From the NCBI GenBank assembly GCA_963775425.1, contig CAVZJB010000005.1, forward strand, positions 288,001 through 352,000: 64,000 bases of DNA, in the 5' to 3' direction. Under the pieces are notes generated by a model, which searched no databases, was not told the DNA's origin, and saw only the letters and a list, made by a program, of their open reading frames with translations. Numbering within the stretch: position 1 is the first letter of the stretch; each line of letters opens with the position of its first letter. The stretch is from an uncultured delta proteobacterium (lineage in GTDB: Bacteria > Myxococcota > UBA727 > VGSZ01). Of this stretch, positions 51,148-61,130 are shown one piece after another. The translations under genes were made by a program, and so were the position numbers.

Positions 51148-51756
51148 CTACGGCGCGCGCTCGCCGTCGTGCCCCTCACCGTCGAGGCGCTCGCCGTCGA
51201 GGCCCTCACCGTCGAGGCCCTCACCATCCACGCCGGGAGCGTGAGCGAGGTCGCCGTACGCCGCGGCGGACATGCTCGACAAGCGGCTCACGAAGGCCAT
51301 CAACGACCACAGCTCGTCGTCGTCGTCGGTGGCGGCGAAGGACGGCATGCCGGTCATGCGCAGCCCGTGCTTCGCGACCCAGAACCACTGGCGCAGCTCC
51401 GTGTCGTCGGGCGGATCCATGCGCGTGAATTGCGGCGGGCGCGGGTTCATCCCGCGCGCGAGCTCGTCGAGGCCGCGGCCGGGCCTGCCGTGGCACTGCT
51501 CGCACATCTCGCCGTACTCGCGCCCGCCCGCGGCCACGCGCCGCGGCTCGCTCAGGTCCGCGGGCGCGACGATGTCGCGCGAGGCCGCGGAGACCGCGCG
51601 ATCCCTCGTGGTCTGCAAGAACCACGAGACGAACGGCGCGTCCTCGGTGGTGGCCGCGACGTCCACGCCGCCGGACTCCGCGGCGACGATGGCAATGGCG
51701 GCCAACACGAGCAGCGTGGCGCACACGGTGACGATGGCGATCGCCGCGCTCTTCAT
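51148..51756 (-). CDS. membrane-anchored c-type cytochrome
   Basis: CEQCHG heme motif, HGLRMTGMP axial Met; N-terminal TM. Confidence 0.88.
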   Translation of the reverse strand: MKSAAIAIVTVCATLLVLAAIAIVAAESGGVDVAATTEDAPFVSWFLQTTRDRAVSAASRDIVAPADLSEPRRVAAGGREYGEMCEQCHGRPGRGLDELARGMNPRPPQFTRMDPPDDTELRQWFWVAKHGLRMTGMPSFAATDDDDELWSLMAFVSRLSSMSAAAYGDLAHAPGVDGEGLDGEGLDGERLDGEGHDGERAP

Positions 51757-51858
51757 GGTGGATGCCTCCACCACAGGCGTACGAGCGCGGGGCGTCGCTG
51801 ACAGATCGGCGACGCGCGGCAGGATCGCGCGCACGGTCGCGCGTCGTCGTCGCGCCGC

Positions 51859-52650
51859 TCAGTACGCCATGGCGACGGTCACCGCGTGCTTCGGCTCCGG
51901 CGCGGGGCTCGCCGGTGTGGCGAAGCCGGGGAAGCCCTGGCCGAGGTCGCCCGGCTTCTTGTCCACGGCGGTGAGGCCGTACACGACGGCCGGCAACACC
52001 AACGCGCCCGCCAGCGTGCCGCAACTGATGGCGAGGTTGGCGATGACGAAGGGGCCCGCCTGGGCGTAGTAGCGGTTGATCGACGTCTGGTCGGTGGGGT
52101 CGGGCGGGTTTATCCCGGAGGCGACGCTGACGAGGTTCACCGCGGTGCCCGCGGCGCTCCCGACGACGAGCACGCCCGTGGCCGTGAGCACCGGCCACAG
52201 AAGCGCCGCGCGCTGCTGGCCGAACATGTCGCCCGCCACGCCCTCGGAGACACCGACGAACGTGCCCACGATGACGTCGCTGACGACCCCGCCGATGTAC
52301 GTGCCCACCACGGGGACGAGCTCGAGCCCGAGCACCGGCACCACGGACACGCAGCAGCCGACGCAACACGCGCCCGTGCCGGCCGCCACCTGGACGGCGC
52401 CGGTGGTGAAGGGGTCGAGGCCGTGCTTCTCCTCGAGCGGCGCGGCCTTCGGGCGATGATCCGGCGGCGGCGTCGACGGCGGCGGCGTCACCGGCGGCGG
52501 CGGCGTCGCCGGCGCGAGCGGCACCACGGGCGGCGGCGCGTCCTCCGGCGCTGCCTCCGGGGGCGCCGCCTCCGCAGGGGGCGTCGTCGTTTCGGGCGGG
52601 GGAGGCGGCGCGGCCTGCGCGGCGAGGGCGAGGGCGAGGGCGAGCATCAT
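51859..52650 (-). CDS. hypothetical membrane protein with a Pro-rich N-terminus
   Basis: signal peptide, Pro-rich linker, several Gly-rich TM segments, ends AMAY; ATGA overlap with the thioesterase. Confidence 0.7.
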   Translation of the reverse strand: MMLALALALAAQAAPPPPPETTTPPAEAAPPEAAPEDAPPPVVPLAPATPPPPVTPPPSTPPPDHRPKAAPLEEKHGLDPFTTGAVQVAAGTGACCVGCCVSVVPVLGLELVPVVGTYIGGVVSDVIVGTFVGVSEGVAGDMFGQQRAALLWPVLTATGVLVVGSAAGTAVNLVSVASGINPPDPTDQTSINRYYAQAGPFVIANLAISCGTLAGALVLPAVVYGLTAVDKKPGDLGQGFPGFATPASPAPEPKHAVTVAMAY

Positions 52651-53123
52651 GGGAGGTATTTCCGCAGCTCGGCAGGCACCATGCCGTCCGGGGTCATCCG
52701 GCGGACCTGCTCCGCAGAGAGCGGGAACACCTCCACCTCGGTCTCGATACAGAGCTGCTCCTTGCGATTCATCATGCGCGACTGCACGACGCAGATGTCC
52801 CCGGTGTCACGGAAGACGGTCCCGTCGGCGCGGAAGTGCTCTCCCGCGTACAGCGGCTTGAGGAAGCGAATGCGGCTCTCGCGCGTGACACCCACGCGCT
52901 TCTTGAGCGCGGCGACGGTGGCGTGGGCGAGGTCGTCGGCGACGGCCTGGATGACGCCGGGCGGAACCACCTTGGCCCGGCCGCACAGGCCCTCACCGGC
53001 GTCGACGTGGCAGAAGACGCGGTTGCCGTCGAGCTCGAAGACCAGCTTCAAGCCCGACGGATCATGGACGCCCGTGAGGATTCTGCGTGCGCTCGTGTAC
53101 TCGGTGGAGATCGGTCTGCCCAT
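52647..53123 (-). CDS. hotdog-fold (PaaI-like) thioesterase-family protein
   Basis: PSGLKLVF...VV.PGV..AVADD...IRFLKPL..GE pattern; the usual HGG motif is replaced by PPG. Confidence 0.7.
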   Translation of the reverse strand: MGRPISTEYTSARRILTGVHDPSGLKLVFELDGNRVFCHVDAGEGLCGRAKVVPPGVIQAVADDLAHATVAALKKRVGVTRESRIRFLKPLYAGEHFRADGTVFRDTGDICVVQSRMMNRKEQLCIETEVEVFPLSAEQVRRMTPDGMVPAELRKYLP

Positions 53124-53132
53124 CGCTCCCCG

Positions 53133-53918
53133 TCAGGGTGAGGCTCGATCTTCCTGCAACTGCGTGAAGTCGTCGAGGGCATTTTCGAGGCCTTCGCACC
53201 ACCCGCCGCTGATGGTGACGGTGGCGGCGCCGTCGTCGTTGTCGGGGTTGACGCCGCTCGAGGGATTGGCGCGGCTGAGGTCGACGTCGCCGACGATCTC
53301 GAGGGTCTCGTCCTCGGTGTACTGGTTGACGTCGACGGTGCCCTTGACGCCCGCGAAGCAGGTCTGGTGGTCCTTGATGGACGCGACGCCGTCGCGATCC
53401 TTCTTCTTCTCGGGCCAGTCGTTCACGCGGCAGATGGTGACGGCGCCGTCGAAGTCCTGCGTGCTGTCCGGGTTCTTGAAGTCGATGTCGGCGCCGCCTC
53501 CGTCGAGCTTCTTCTTCTCGAAGCCGGCGAGGCTGACGGCCGCGCTCCAGAAGTCGCTCGGCAGGTGCGCCTTGTCATAGTCGACGACGGCGTCGACAAA
53601 GTCTTCGTGGGCCTTCTTGATGTCGTCGGCGTTGTCGCCGGCGTCCTTGAGGTCCTTGGTCTCCTGCTTGAACGCCGCGTTGACGTTCTCCTGCTGCGCC
53701 GCGGCGGCGTTGCACCCGTCGAAGACGCTGGCGCCGGTGCCGGCCACGGTGAAGCGCGTGGCCGGGTTCCCGTCGTGGTCGAGGGCGTCCGCCTTCTGCT
53801 GGATGAAGAACGCGGAGAACAGCGAAGGCACCTGCTCGCCGTCGACGTCGCCGGCGACGGTGGAGCTGCAGCCGGCGAGGGCGGCGGTGGCGAGAGCGAC
53901 GGGGAGAGCGAAGCGCAC
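53133..53918 (-). CDS. hypothetical lipoprotein
   Basis: GGAGG RBS before GTG; AALAG|C lipobox; acidic body. Confidence 0.78.
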   Translation of the reverse strand: MRFALPVALATAALAGCSSTVAGDVDGEQVPSLFSAFFIQQKADALDHDGNPATRFTVAGTGASVFDGCNAAAAQQENVNAAFKQETKDLKDAGDNADDIKKAHEDFVDAVVDYDKAHLPSDFWSAAVSLAGFEKKKLDGGGADIDFKNPDSTQDFDGAVTICRVNDWPEKKKDRDGVASIKDHQTCFAGVKGTVDVNQYTEDETLEIVGDVDLSRANPSSGVNPDNDDGAATVTISGGWCEGLENALDDFTQLQEDRASP

Positions 53919-54049
53919 GAGGACCTCCGAAAACGGGCGGATGCTCGCACGCATGACTTCCCTGTCAACGCGCGCGCTGTGGCCGATCTCACGTCGCCAG
54001 GGTGCCAAAGCGCCCGCTGCGCCGCTCCATCGAGGGCCGCGCGGCGAGG

Positions 54050-54874
54050 CTACTGGGTGAGCACGAAGGTCGGGCGCAGGCCGGTGTTGCCCGCGCTGTC
54101 CTCGGCCTCGCGCAACGAGAGGCCGCCGGTCTCCGTGCAGTAGAGCCAGCGATCGCCGTTGTCGACCTCGACCTTGCCGGTGGCGACGTCGGTGAACGTG
54201 CCCGACGACGCGTCGTCGAGGTTCACGTCGCTGCCGCTGCAGTCGCAGGCCGCGTTGCCGTTTGCGCTGCAGGTCCAAGTGCCGTTGATGACCGCCGTGA
54301 GCCCGGTTTGCACCAGGCCGCAGTCGGGGGTGACGGGGCAGGTCACGGTCATGTCCATGCTCCCGCCGACGTTGACGGCGTAGCCGAAGCTGTTGCCGGT
54401 GACGTCGAGCGTGCCGGTGGCCGTGAGCTGCTCGTTGGTGACGGTGGCGGTGCACACCGAGACGGCCACGGAGCCCGAGAGGCACACGTCCACCGCGGTC
54501 CAGTTGCCGGTGAGGTCGCCGCCGCAGGCGCTCGCATCGTCGAGCGCGGCGTTGCACACGGGCGGAGGCTCGCCTTCGCCCTCTCCTTCGCCCTCTCCTT
54601 CGCCTTCGCCTTCTCCTTCTCCCTCGCCTTCTCCCTCTCCCTCGCCTTCGCCTTCTCCCTCGCCTTCGCCTTCTCCCTCGCCTTCGCCTTCGCCTTCGCC
54701 CTCTCCTTCGCCTTCGCCTTCTCCTTCTCCCTCGCCTTCTCCCTCGCCTTCGCCTTCTCCCTCGCCTTCGCCTTCTCCCTCGCCTTCGCCTTCACCGCCG
54801 GGAGCGGGGGGGCAGGCGCTGAGGACGCCGAGGACGGACACGGTGGCGAGGGCGAGGAGAATGGGACGAAGCAT
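54050..54874 (-). CDS. lipoprotein with a (GE)38 linker and a Cys-containing C-terminal domain
   Basis: VLSA|CPP lipobox; GE tract 54569-54796; [10 protein letters not shown]...YC domain. Confidence 0.8.
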   Translation of the reverse strand: MLRPILLALATVSVLGVLSACPPAPGGEGEGEGEGEGEGEGEGEGEGEGEGEGEGEGEGEGEGEGEGEGEGEGEGEGEGEGEGEGEGEGEGEGEGEGEGEGEPPPVCNAALDDASACGGDLTGNWTAVDVCLSGSVAVSVCTATVTNEQLTATGTLDVTGNSFGYAVNVGGSMDMTVTCPVTPDCGLVQTGLTAVINGTWTCSANGNAACDCSGSDVNLDDASSGTFTDVATGKVEVDNGDRWLYCTETGGLSLREAEDSAGNTGLRPTFVLTQ

Positions 54875-55016
54875 GCGAGCCTCCAGCCGCACACTTGCCA
54901 CGCAAACGACTGGCCCGCCACTTTCGCTGCGATGTCGGCGGGAAGACCACCTCGGCGCGTGTCGGCCGACCTCGCGCGTGGTGACGCCGAGCGTGGCAAC
55001 GAAGACGGCGCCCGCG

Positions 55017-55079
55017 GATCGGCGAGCCGAGGGAGCCGGCGCGCAGATCAGCGACCGGAGGAGCGGCCGGCGCTTGATC
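55017..55079 (+). repeat. two tandem REP-like repeat copies
   Basis: GATCGGCGAGCCGAGGGAGCCGGCGCGC-A-GATCAGCGACCGGAGGAGCGGCCGGCGCTTGATC. Confidence 0.7.
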
Positions 55080-56115
55080 AGCCGACCGCCGCGCGGGCGG
55101 CGGCCACGGCGCGCTCGACGCCGGCGTCATCGACGTCGAGGTGCAGGCACGCGCGGATGCGGTCCGGCCCCGCGACGGCCACGCGCACGCCGTCGGCGAG
55201 CATGCGCTCGACCAGCGCCGCCGGCGCGAGCGCCCGCGTGCGGAAGTAGACGAGGTTGGTCTCCACCGGCTCCACCTCGATGCCGCCGCCCACCGCGGCG
55301 AGGCCGTCGGCGAGCGCGTGGGCGCGGCGGTGGTCCTCTGCCAGCCGGTCGACGTTGTGGTCGAGCGCGTAGAGCATGGCGCCCGCGGCGACGCCGCCCT
55401 GGCGCAGGCAGCCGCCGAGCGCCTGCTTGAGCCGGCGCGCACGCGGCCACAGCTCGCCCTTTACGACGAGCACTGCGCCGAAGGGACAGCCGAGGCCCTT
55501 GCTGAAGCAGACCTGCACGGTGCTCGCGCCGCGCACCAGCCGGGCCGGCGGCTGACCCGTGGCGACGGCGGCGTTCATCAGGCGCGCGCCGTCGACGTGC
55601 ACGGCGATGCCGCGCTCGTTGCAGTGCGCCATCACGCCGTCGAGGACGCCGAGCGGCCACGCGCTGCCGCCGCCGCCGTTGCTCGTGTTCTCGACGACGA
55701 CGGCGCGCGTGCGCGGGTAGTGCGGGTCGTCCACGCGGGTGACGCGGGCGATGTCGTCGGCCCCGAAGATGCCGCGGGGCGTGTCGAGCGGACAGAGCTG
55801 CGCCCGCGCCGTCATCGACGTTCCGCCGCTCTCATGGTTGAGCACGTGTGCCGTGCGGTGACAGATGACCTCGTCGCCGGCGCCCGCGTGCAACGCCAGC
55901 GCGATCTGGTTGGCCATGGTGGCGGAGACGAGGAAGAGCGCGCGGTCCATCGCGAGGAGCGCCGCCATGCGCTCCTCGAGCGCGCGCACGGTGGGGTCCT
56001 CGCCCTTTTGCTCGTCGCCGAGCGCGGCCTCGACCATGGCGCGCTTCATGGCGGCGGTCGGGCGCGTGGCGGTGTCGCTGACGAGGTCGACGGCGATGGT
56101 GGAGGGGGAGGTCAT
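55078..56115 (-). CDS. ltaE: low-specificity L-threonine aldolase
   Basis: [37 protein letters not shown] and [11 protein letters not shown] (PLP Lys). Confidence 0.92.
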   Translation of the reverse strand: MTSPSTIAVDLVSDTATRPTAAMKRAMVEAALGDEQKGEDPTVRALEERMAALLAMDRALFLVSATMANQIALALHAGAGDEVICHRTAHVLNHESGGTSMTARAQLCPLDTPRGIFGADDIARVTRVDDPHYPRTRAVVVENTSNGGGGSAWPLGVLDGVMAHCNERGIAVHVDGARLMNAAVATGQPPARLVRGASTVQVCFSKGLGCPFGAVLVVKGELWPRARRLKQALGGCLRQGGVAAGAMLYALDHNVDRLAEDHRRAHALADGLAAVGGGIEVEPVETNLVYFRTRALAPAALVERMLADGVRVAVAGPDRIRACLHLDVDDAGVERAVAAARAAVG

Positions 56116-56249
56116 GTCCGCGTGTTAGCGCACCGCGCGTCGAGGAGGAACGCACATGAACGGACCGGCGGCCGCGACGACACGGGCGCGAATCCGGCGC
56201 GGCGGGTGCAGCCATGTCCTCGGGCCGAACAGGCCCGAAGGAGGACATC

Positions 56250-56591
56250 ATGAACAACGCGATCCTGCTCACCTGGAAGCGCCCGATTCCCGGCCGCGAG
56301 AAGATGGCGAACGAGCTCTACGCTTCCTGCCTCGCCTTCTTCGACAAACAGAAGGACGCCAAGGCCGTCAGCAACATCACCACCTGCATCGTCCCCGGGC
56401 ACGGAGACGGGCTCGGCGGCTTCTTCCTCGTCGAGGTGGAGCCGAACAAGACGCACGAGGTGATGGGGAGCAACGAGTTTCTCGACCTGTGCGTGCGCGC
56501 CGACTACCTGCTCGACAGCTTCGGGCTCACCACGTGCGCGGTCAACGAGGCAGTCGGAGACCTCATGCAGCGTTGGCAGAAGCTGTTGTGA
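56250..56591 (+). CDS. hypothetical protein (113 aa)
   Basis: AAGGAGG RBS; normal composition; convergent with the amidase gene, 1 nt apart. Confidence 0.75.
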   Translation: MNNAILLTWKRPIPGREKMANELYASCLAFFDKQKDAKAVSNITTCIVPGHGDGLGGFFLVEVEPNKTHEVMGSNEFLDLCVRADYLLDSFGLTTCAVNEAVGDLMQRWQKLL

Positions 56592-56592
56592 C

Positions 56593-57768
56593 TCAGAGGA
56601 TGGGGGCGGGGCCTTCAGGGCGGCGCTTGTTCGGGCGCAGGACCCAGATGGCCTCCTCGCCAATGACGTCCTGAACGCCCTCGGTCTGGATCTCCGCCTG
56701 GGTGAAGGACGCCTGCGCGAACTCGAAGGTGCCGTCGGCGTTCTTGGCGGTGCACACGCGACAGTGGCCGCCGTCCGCGACGGCGCCTCCCTGGTGGTCG
56801 ACGATGAGCATGTCGCCGGGCTCGACCTTGGCGAGGAGCGCCTTGACGCGGCGCTCCTTCTCGTCGGGATCGGTGACGTTGTTCATGCCCATGAATTCCG
56901 CGCGCAGCTCGAAGCGCACGTGGTTGGCGTTGCCCCACTGCGCCGCGTGCGTGCCGCTCCACTTGTACAGCTGGTTGGCGTTGGGGTACTCGCCGTGTCC
57001 CTTGTTGCCGATGTACGGCGGCTCGAAGCCGGCGGCGGCGATGACGTTGCACGCGAAGAGGTTGCACTTCCACTTGCCCGTGAGGCCGCCGAGCCTCACG
57101 TTGGCGGGCAGCGCGTGGCGCGGATCGCAATTCACCCACGGATCGTCGACGCCGTAGGCGTTCGGGTGCTTGGTGACGAGGTTGACGGCGGCGTCGTGCA
57201 TGGCGCCGGGGCCCGGGACGTTGGGGTCGACGCCGCCGGCGAAGATGGGTGGCACGCGCGTGTCGCGCAGCGCGTTGTCGAGGGCCGTCGCCGTGGCGAG
57301 GTCGAGCGCGCCGGTCTGCGGCAAGCCCTTTTGCGCTTGAAAGGCCTTCACCGCGGCTTCGGTCTCGGAGCCCCAGCCGCCGTCGGCGCCGTATCTGGGG
57401 AGGCCGAGGCCAGCGTCGCCGGTGCGGCTCGCGAGCGCGAGCAGCGCCTTCTGCACGTTTTCGACGTCGCCGCGGCGGGAGCCCTTGTCGCGTGGGAAGA
57501 CCACGGTGCCGTTGAGCACGCCGGGTGACGCCGAGAGGTTCGCGATGGGCGCGCCGATGGACGCGCGGCTGCCGAGGTCGCGCAGCAGCGCGCGCAGCGC
57601 GTCGCCGGCGCCGCCCTCGAGGCAATCCACGAAGCGATGGGCGATGGTCTCGACGTCGGAGACCGACGCCGTCCCGCTCTGCACAGCGGCCTTGAGGCTC
57701 GAAAGCTCGGCGGTGGTGACGCGCGCGTCGCGCACGACGTTCTGGGCGATGGGGCTCAGGGAGGGCAT
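56593..57768 (-). CDS. peptidoglycan-binding protein with a C-terminal papain-like (Cys-His) amidase-like domain; no signal peptide
   Basis: PG_binding_1 (VQKAL...YGADG.WGSETEAAVKAFQ...GL..TG.LD..T); KCNLFA...AG...GDML...GHC. Confidence 0.78.
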   Translation of the reverse strand: MPSLSPIAQNVVRDARVTTAELSSLKAAVQSGTASVSDVETIAHRFVDCLEGGAGDALRALLRDLGSRASIGAPIANLSASPGVLNGTVVFPRDKGSRRGDVENVQKALLALASRTGDAGLGLPRYGADGGWGSETEAAVKAFQAQKGLPQTGALDLATATALDNALRDTRVPPIFAGGVDPNVPGPGAMHDAAVNLVTKHPNAYGVDDPWVNCDPRHALPANVRLGGLTGKWKCNLFACNVIAAAGFEPPYIGNKGHGEYPNANQLYKWSGTHAAQWGNANHVRFELRAEFMGMNNVTDPDEKERRVKALLAKVEPGDMLIVDHQGGAVADGGHCRVCTAKNADGTFEFAQASFTQAEIQTEGVQDVIGEEAIWVLRPNKRRPEGPAPIL

Positions 57769-57834
57769 CCGACGATGCTATGGCAGGCTCGGCCGAGGGT
57801 CACCCCATCGGCGTGACGGTGCTAACAGGGCTCC

Positions 57835-58560
57835 ATGCTGTGCGCCGCCGCCGTCCTCGTGCCGTTGCTCGCCGCCCAGGCCCCCGCGCCCGCCCCCACG
57901 GACAAGAGCGCCGTGGATAAAAGCGCCGCCGACAAAGCCGGCGAAACGGCGTTCCCCAAGGGGGAGGACGTCACGCTGCCCGGCCTCGTCGACGTCGGCG
58001 CCAAGCTGCCGGTGCACGTCGAGCTCAAGTACGGCACCTCCGACAACTTCATGAAGCGCGACGTCTACGGCGGGCTCAAGCGCTGCTTCCTCGTGCCCGA
58101 CGCGGCGGCGATGCTCGAGAAGGCGCACGCGCTCTTGAAGCAGCGATCGCCGACGACGACGTTCGTGATGTACGACTGCGCCCGGCCTAAGCGCGTGCAG
58201 GACATCATGTGGTCCGTGGTGGTCGGCACCAGGATGCAGGGCTACGTCGCCAACCCCACCAAGCCGCCGGGCTCCGTGCACAACCGCGGCTGCGCCGTGG
58301 ACCTCTCGCTGTGGGACACCGAGAAGAACGAGCCGCTCGACATGGGCACGCCGTTCGACTTCTTCGGCATCGCCGCGCAGCCGCGCCACGAGGTGGAGCT
58401 GTGGCGCGAAGGCAAGCTCACGTCGACGCAGTACGCCAATCGCCTGTTGCTGCGTGAGGTGATGTTGCGCGCGGGCTTTCGCATCCTCTCGCACGAGTGG
58501 TGGCACTTCGACTGCGCGTCGGGCTCACAGGCGCGCCGGAAGTACCCCGTGATTCCCTGA
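57835..58560 (+). CDS. ddpX: D-Ala-D-Ala dipeptidase (M15D, VanX/DdpX family), secreted
   Basis: LKY.T.DNF, YDCARP..VQ, GSVHNRGCAVDLSL, LDMGTPFD and EWWHFD. Confidence 0.9.
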   Translation: MLCAAAVLVPLLAAQAPAPAPTDKSAVDKSAADKAGETAFPKGEDVTLPGLVDVGAKLPVHVELKYGTSDNFMKRDVYGGLKRCFLVPDAAAMLEKAHALLKQRSPTTTFVMYDCARPKRVQDIMWSVVVGTRMQGYVANPTKPPGSVHNRGCAVDLSLWDTEKNEPLDMGTPFDFFGIAAQPRHEVELWREGKLTSTQYANRLLLREVMLRAGFRILSHEWWHFDCASGSQARRKYPVIP

Positions 58561-58679
58561 GCCCCCGGGATCGCGGGCTGCGCCCCGCGGCGCCGTGAAA
58601 ATCCGTCACCCCCGGCGCCCGAACGGCTGCGGCGCGCCGGGGCCGCCGGGTGGGCGCAGCGCTTGCTTGGCCCGCGCGC

Positions 58680-61037
58680 ATGCGTCTCCCTCGCGCGCGC
58701 ACGGACCTGCGGCACGCCGCGCGCGCGCTCGCGCTCGCGCTCCTCGGGGGCGCCGCGGGCTGCGCGTCGTGCGACCCCGCCGGGCTCGAGCGCATCACGC
58801 CGTCGCTCGACCTCTCGCCGGCGTCCGCCACCGTCGTGGTGTGGATCGGTTTCCCGGCGCACGTCGCGCTGGCGGCCACGAACACGAGCCGCGTCCCCGT
58901 CGACATCGGGGCGCCGGCGCTCGCGGGCGTGCCCGACGGCCTCTCCGTCGACGTTGACGCCCCGGAGGGGCTCGAGGGGGGCGCGGGCGCCGCCGTCGAC
59001 GTCGCTTTGGCGGCAGATCGCCCGCTCGCCGCCGACGTCATGCTCACGCTTCCCCCCGGCGCGCGCGACGTCGCGCCCGCCTCGGCCGTGCTGCACGTCG
59101 AGGCGCGTACGCCGCCGCCGTGCGCGCCGCGCGGTCCGTGCGAGGACGCGCGCTTCGACGCCGACGCCGGCGCCTGCGTCCGCGACGCCCACCCCGACGG
59201 CTCCGCGTGCGACGACGGCTCCGCGTGCACCGACGACGACCGCTGCTCCGCCGGCGCGTGCGTCGGCGCCGCGGTCGCCTGCGCCGACGGCGTCGGCTGC
59301 ACCGTGGACGCGTGCGACCCCGCGCGCGGCTGCGTGTTCACGCCCGTCGACGACCTCTGCGCCGACGACGATCCCTGCACCGCCAATCGCTGTGTGGCCT
59401 CGACGGGGTGCGCCCACGCCACCGCGCCCGACGGCACGCCCTGCGGCGCGTTTTCGTGCGCGACCTTCTCGGTGTGCGTCTCCGGCGGCTGCTTCACCGA
59501 GCCGACGCCCGACGGCTTCCCCTGCGAGGACGGCGATCTCTGCACCTCCGGCGACACCTGCGAGGGACATGCGTGCGTCGCGGGCGACCCGGTCGAGCCG
59601 GCGGCGAGCGCCCCCGCGGCGCTCGCGCGACCGAGCATCCACGTCGAGCCCGACCCGCGCTGGTTCCGCGACGGCCGCGCGGAGTTGCCGCCCGCGTTCG
59701 ACGTCGCGCTCGACTTCGGCGCCGTCCTCGATGTCGAACAGGCGCTCGCCGGCGTCACGCCCGTGCTCGCCGTGCTCTGGAAGAGCGCACCGTTTTCCTA
59801 TGGCGGCGCCCCCTGCGCGCCATGGGACATGTGGCAAAACGGCGTCGTCGACGACGCGCCGCCGTTTTGCGCCACCGCGGTCGTGGTCACCTTCGTCGGC
59901 GAAGACGAGCTCGCGGCGGGCGAGGCGGGCGGCGGCGGGGTCGCCTCGCCCGTCGACGTCGTCTACGGCACCGTCGACGGTACCTTTCGCGACGCGGACC
60001 ACGTCGTCGTCGCAGAGTCGACCTATACCCCGGGCCCCGCGTCGGCGCGCCTCGTCCGCGTCCTGCGCGCCTCGTTGGCCTGGGACACGCGGTCGCTCTC
60101 GCTCGACGGCGTCGAGCAAGACGACAGCGGGCCGCGCGCGTCGGTCGCGTTCAACGTCCACGCGGGGCTGCGCGTCGCCGCGGACGCCGACGACGTCTCC
60201 CTGCTCGGCTGGGACCTCCCCTACGTCGACGACAGCGCGCCACCGGCGGTCCCGGGGGGCAGCGCCGGCACCGCCGCGGTCCCGGTCTCGCCGTCGTGGA
60301 CGGCCACGCTCGACGCCGGCGCGCGGCTACCCCCGCCCGCGCCGGCCGAGCGGGGCGTGGTGACGTGGGACCCGCTGCTCACCGACGCGTGCGACCAGAC
60401 CTGGCCGCCCGCGGCGGAGGAGGTGTCGTTCTCCGACGTCGACGTCGCCCGCGCCGGCGGCCACACCTTCGCGGTGGTGCGCCACGGTCTGCTCGATCCG
60501 GACACCGACGGGTGCACCCCGGGCACGTCGCTGTCCCTCGTCGACGTCGACGCCGGCACCGTCACGCCCTGGGGCGGGGTGATTCGCGCCGCGTCGCTCA
60601 CGCGCGACGCCGGCGTCCTCGCCGTCGTCGACGAGGCGCTCACCGCTTGCGACGCGCTGTGGTGCTCGCCGTACGAGCTCGCGGTGCAGCCGGCGCCGTT
60701 CGATCAAGCCGACCCCGTCGTCACGCTCGTCACGTTCCCGCTGCAGGACGACGGCGCCGTGCCGGTCCGCGTCGCGGCCCTCGCCGGTCCGCCTGCGGGC
60801 GCCGTGGTCGAGAGCGCCGATCGCAGCGGCGGCATGACCCTGCACCTCGTCGACGCGATGGACACCGCCGCGCCGCTGTCGCTCACCACCGGCACGCTGC
60901 CGGCGTCGTCGGCGCCGTTGAGGGCGCTGCGCAGCCCGCTGTCGCCGCAGAGCGTGTACGCGGTGACGACCGCGGGCGCCGACGGCCTCGTGGTGCGCTT
61001 CGGCTGCCCGTTCCCGTCCGCGCCGGCGCCGCCGTAG
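58680..61037 (+). CDS. secreted Cys-rich repeat protein
   Basis: signal-like N-terminus; CDDGSACTDDDRC, CADGVGCTVDAC, CADDDPCTANRC and CEDGDLCTSGDTC repeats. Confidence 0.7.
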   Translation: MRLPRARTDLRHAARALALALLGGAAGCASCDPAGLERITPSLDLSPASATVVVWIGFPAHVALAATNTSRVPVDIGAPALAGVPDGLSVDVDAPEGLEGGAGAAVDVALAADRPLAADVMLTLPPGARDVAPASAVLHVEARTPPPCAPRGPCEDARFDADAGACVRDAHPDGSACDDGSACTDDDRCSAGACVGAAVACADGVGCTVDACDPARGCVFTPVDDLCADDDPCTANRCVASTGCAHATAPDGTPCGAFSCATFSVCVSGGCFTEPTPDGFPCEDGDLCTSGDTCEGHACVAGDPVEPAASAPAALARPSIHVEPDPRWFRDGRAELPPAFDVALDFGAVLDVEQALAGVTPVLAVLWKSAPFSYGGAPCAPWDMWQNGVVDDAPPFCATAVVVTFVGEDELAAGEAGGGGVASPVDVVYGTVDGTFRDADHVVVAESTYTPGPASARLVRVLRASLAWDTRSLSLDGVEQDDSGPRASVAFNVHAGLRVAADADDVSLLGWDLPYVDDSAPPAVPGGSAGTAAVPVSPSWTATLDAGARLPPPAPAERGVVTWDPLLTDACDQTWPPAAEEVSFSDVDVARAGGHTFAVVRHGLLDPDTDGCTPGTSLSLVDVDAGTVTPWGGVIRAASLTRDAGVLAVVDEALTACDALWCSPYELAVQPAPFDQADPVVTLVTFPLQDDGAVPVRVAALAGPPAGAVVESADRSGGMTLHLVDAMDTAAPLSLTTGTLPASSAPLRALRSPLSPQSVYAVTTAGADGLVVRFGCPFPSAPAPP

Positions 61038-61130
61038 GCGCCCGGCGCGGCCTCGGTCGGAGCGTCTCGGTCGCTTGACCTAGCCTGATCTCTCGACGGG
61101 CCGAAATCACGCAACCTCGATACTCGTCGC

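Noticed and set aside
51148-51240. (DGEGL)n tail of the cytochrome c, and the (ASD)n tail at 6184-6230
   Set aside because: Short slippage-type terminal repeats with no evidence of function
57835-58560. VanX-like gene as glycopeptide resistance, with the GT1 gene as a glycopeptide tailoring enzyme
   Set aside because: No vanH, vanA, vanRS or NRPS genes; stand-alone M15D peptidases and GT1 enzymes are widespread
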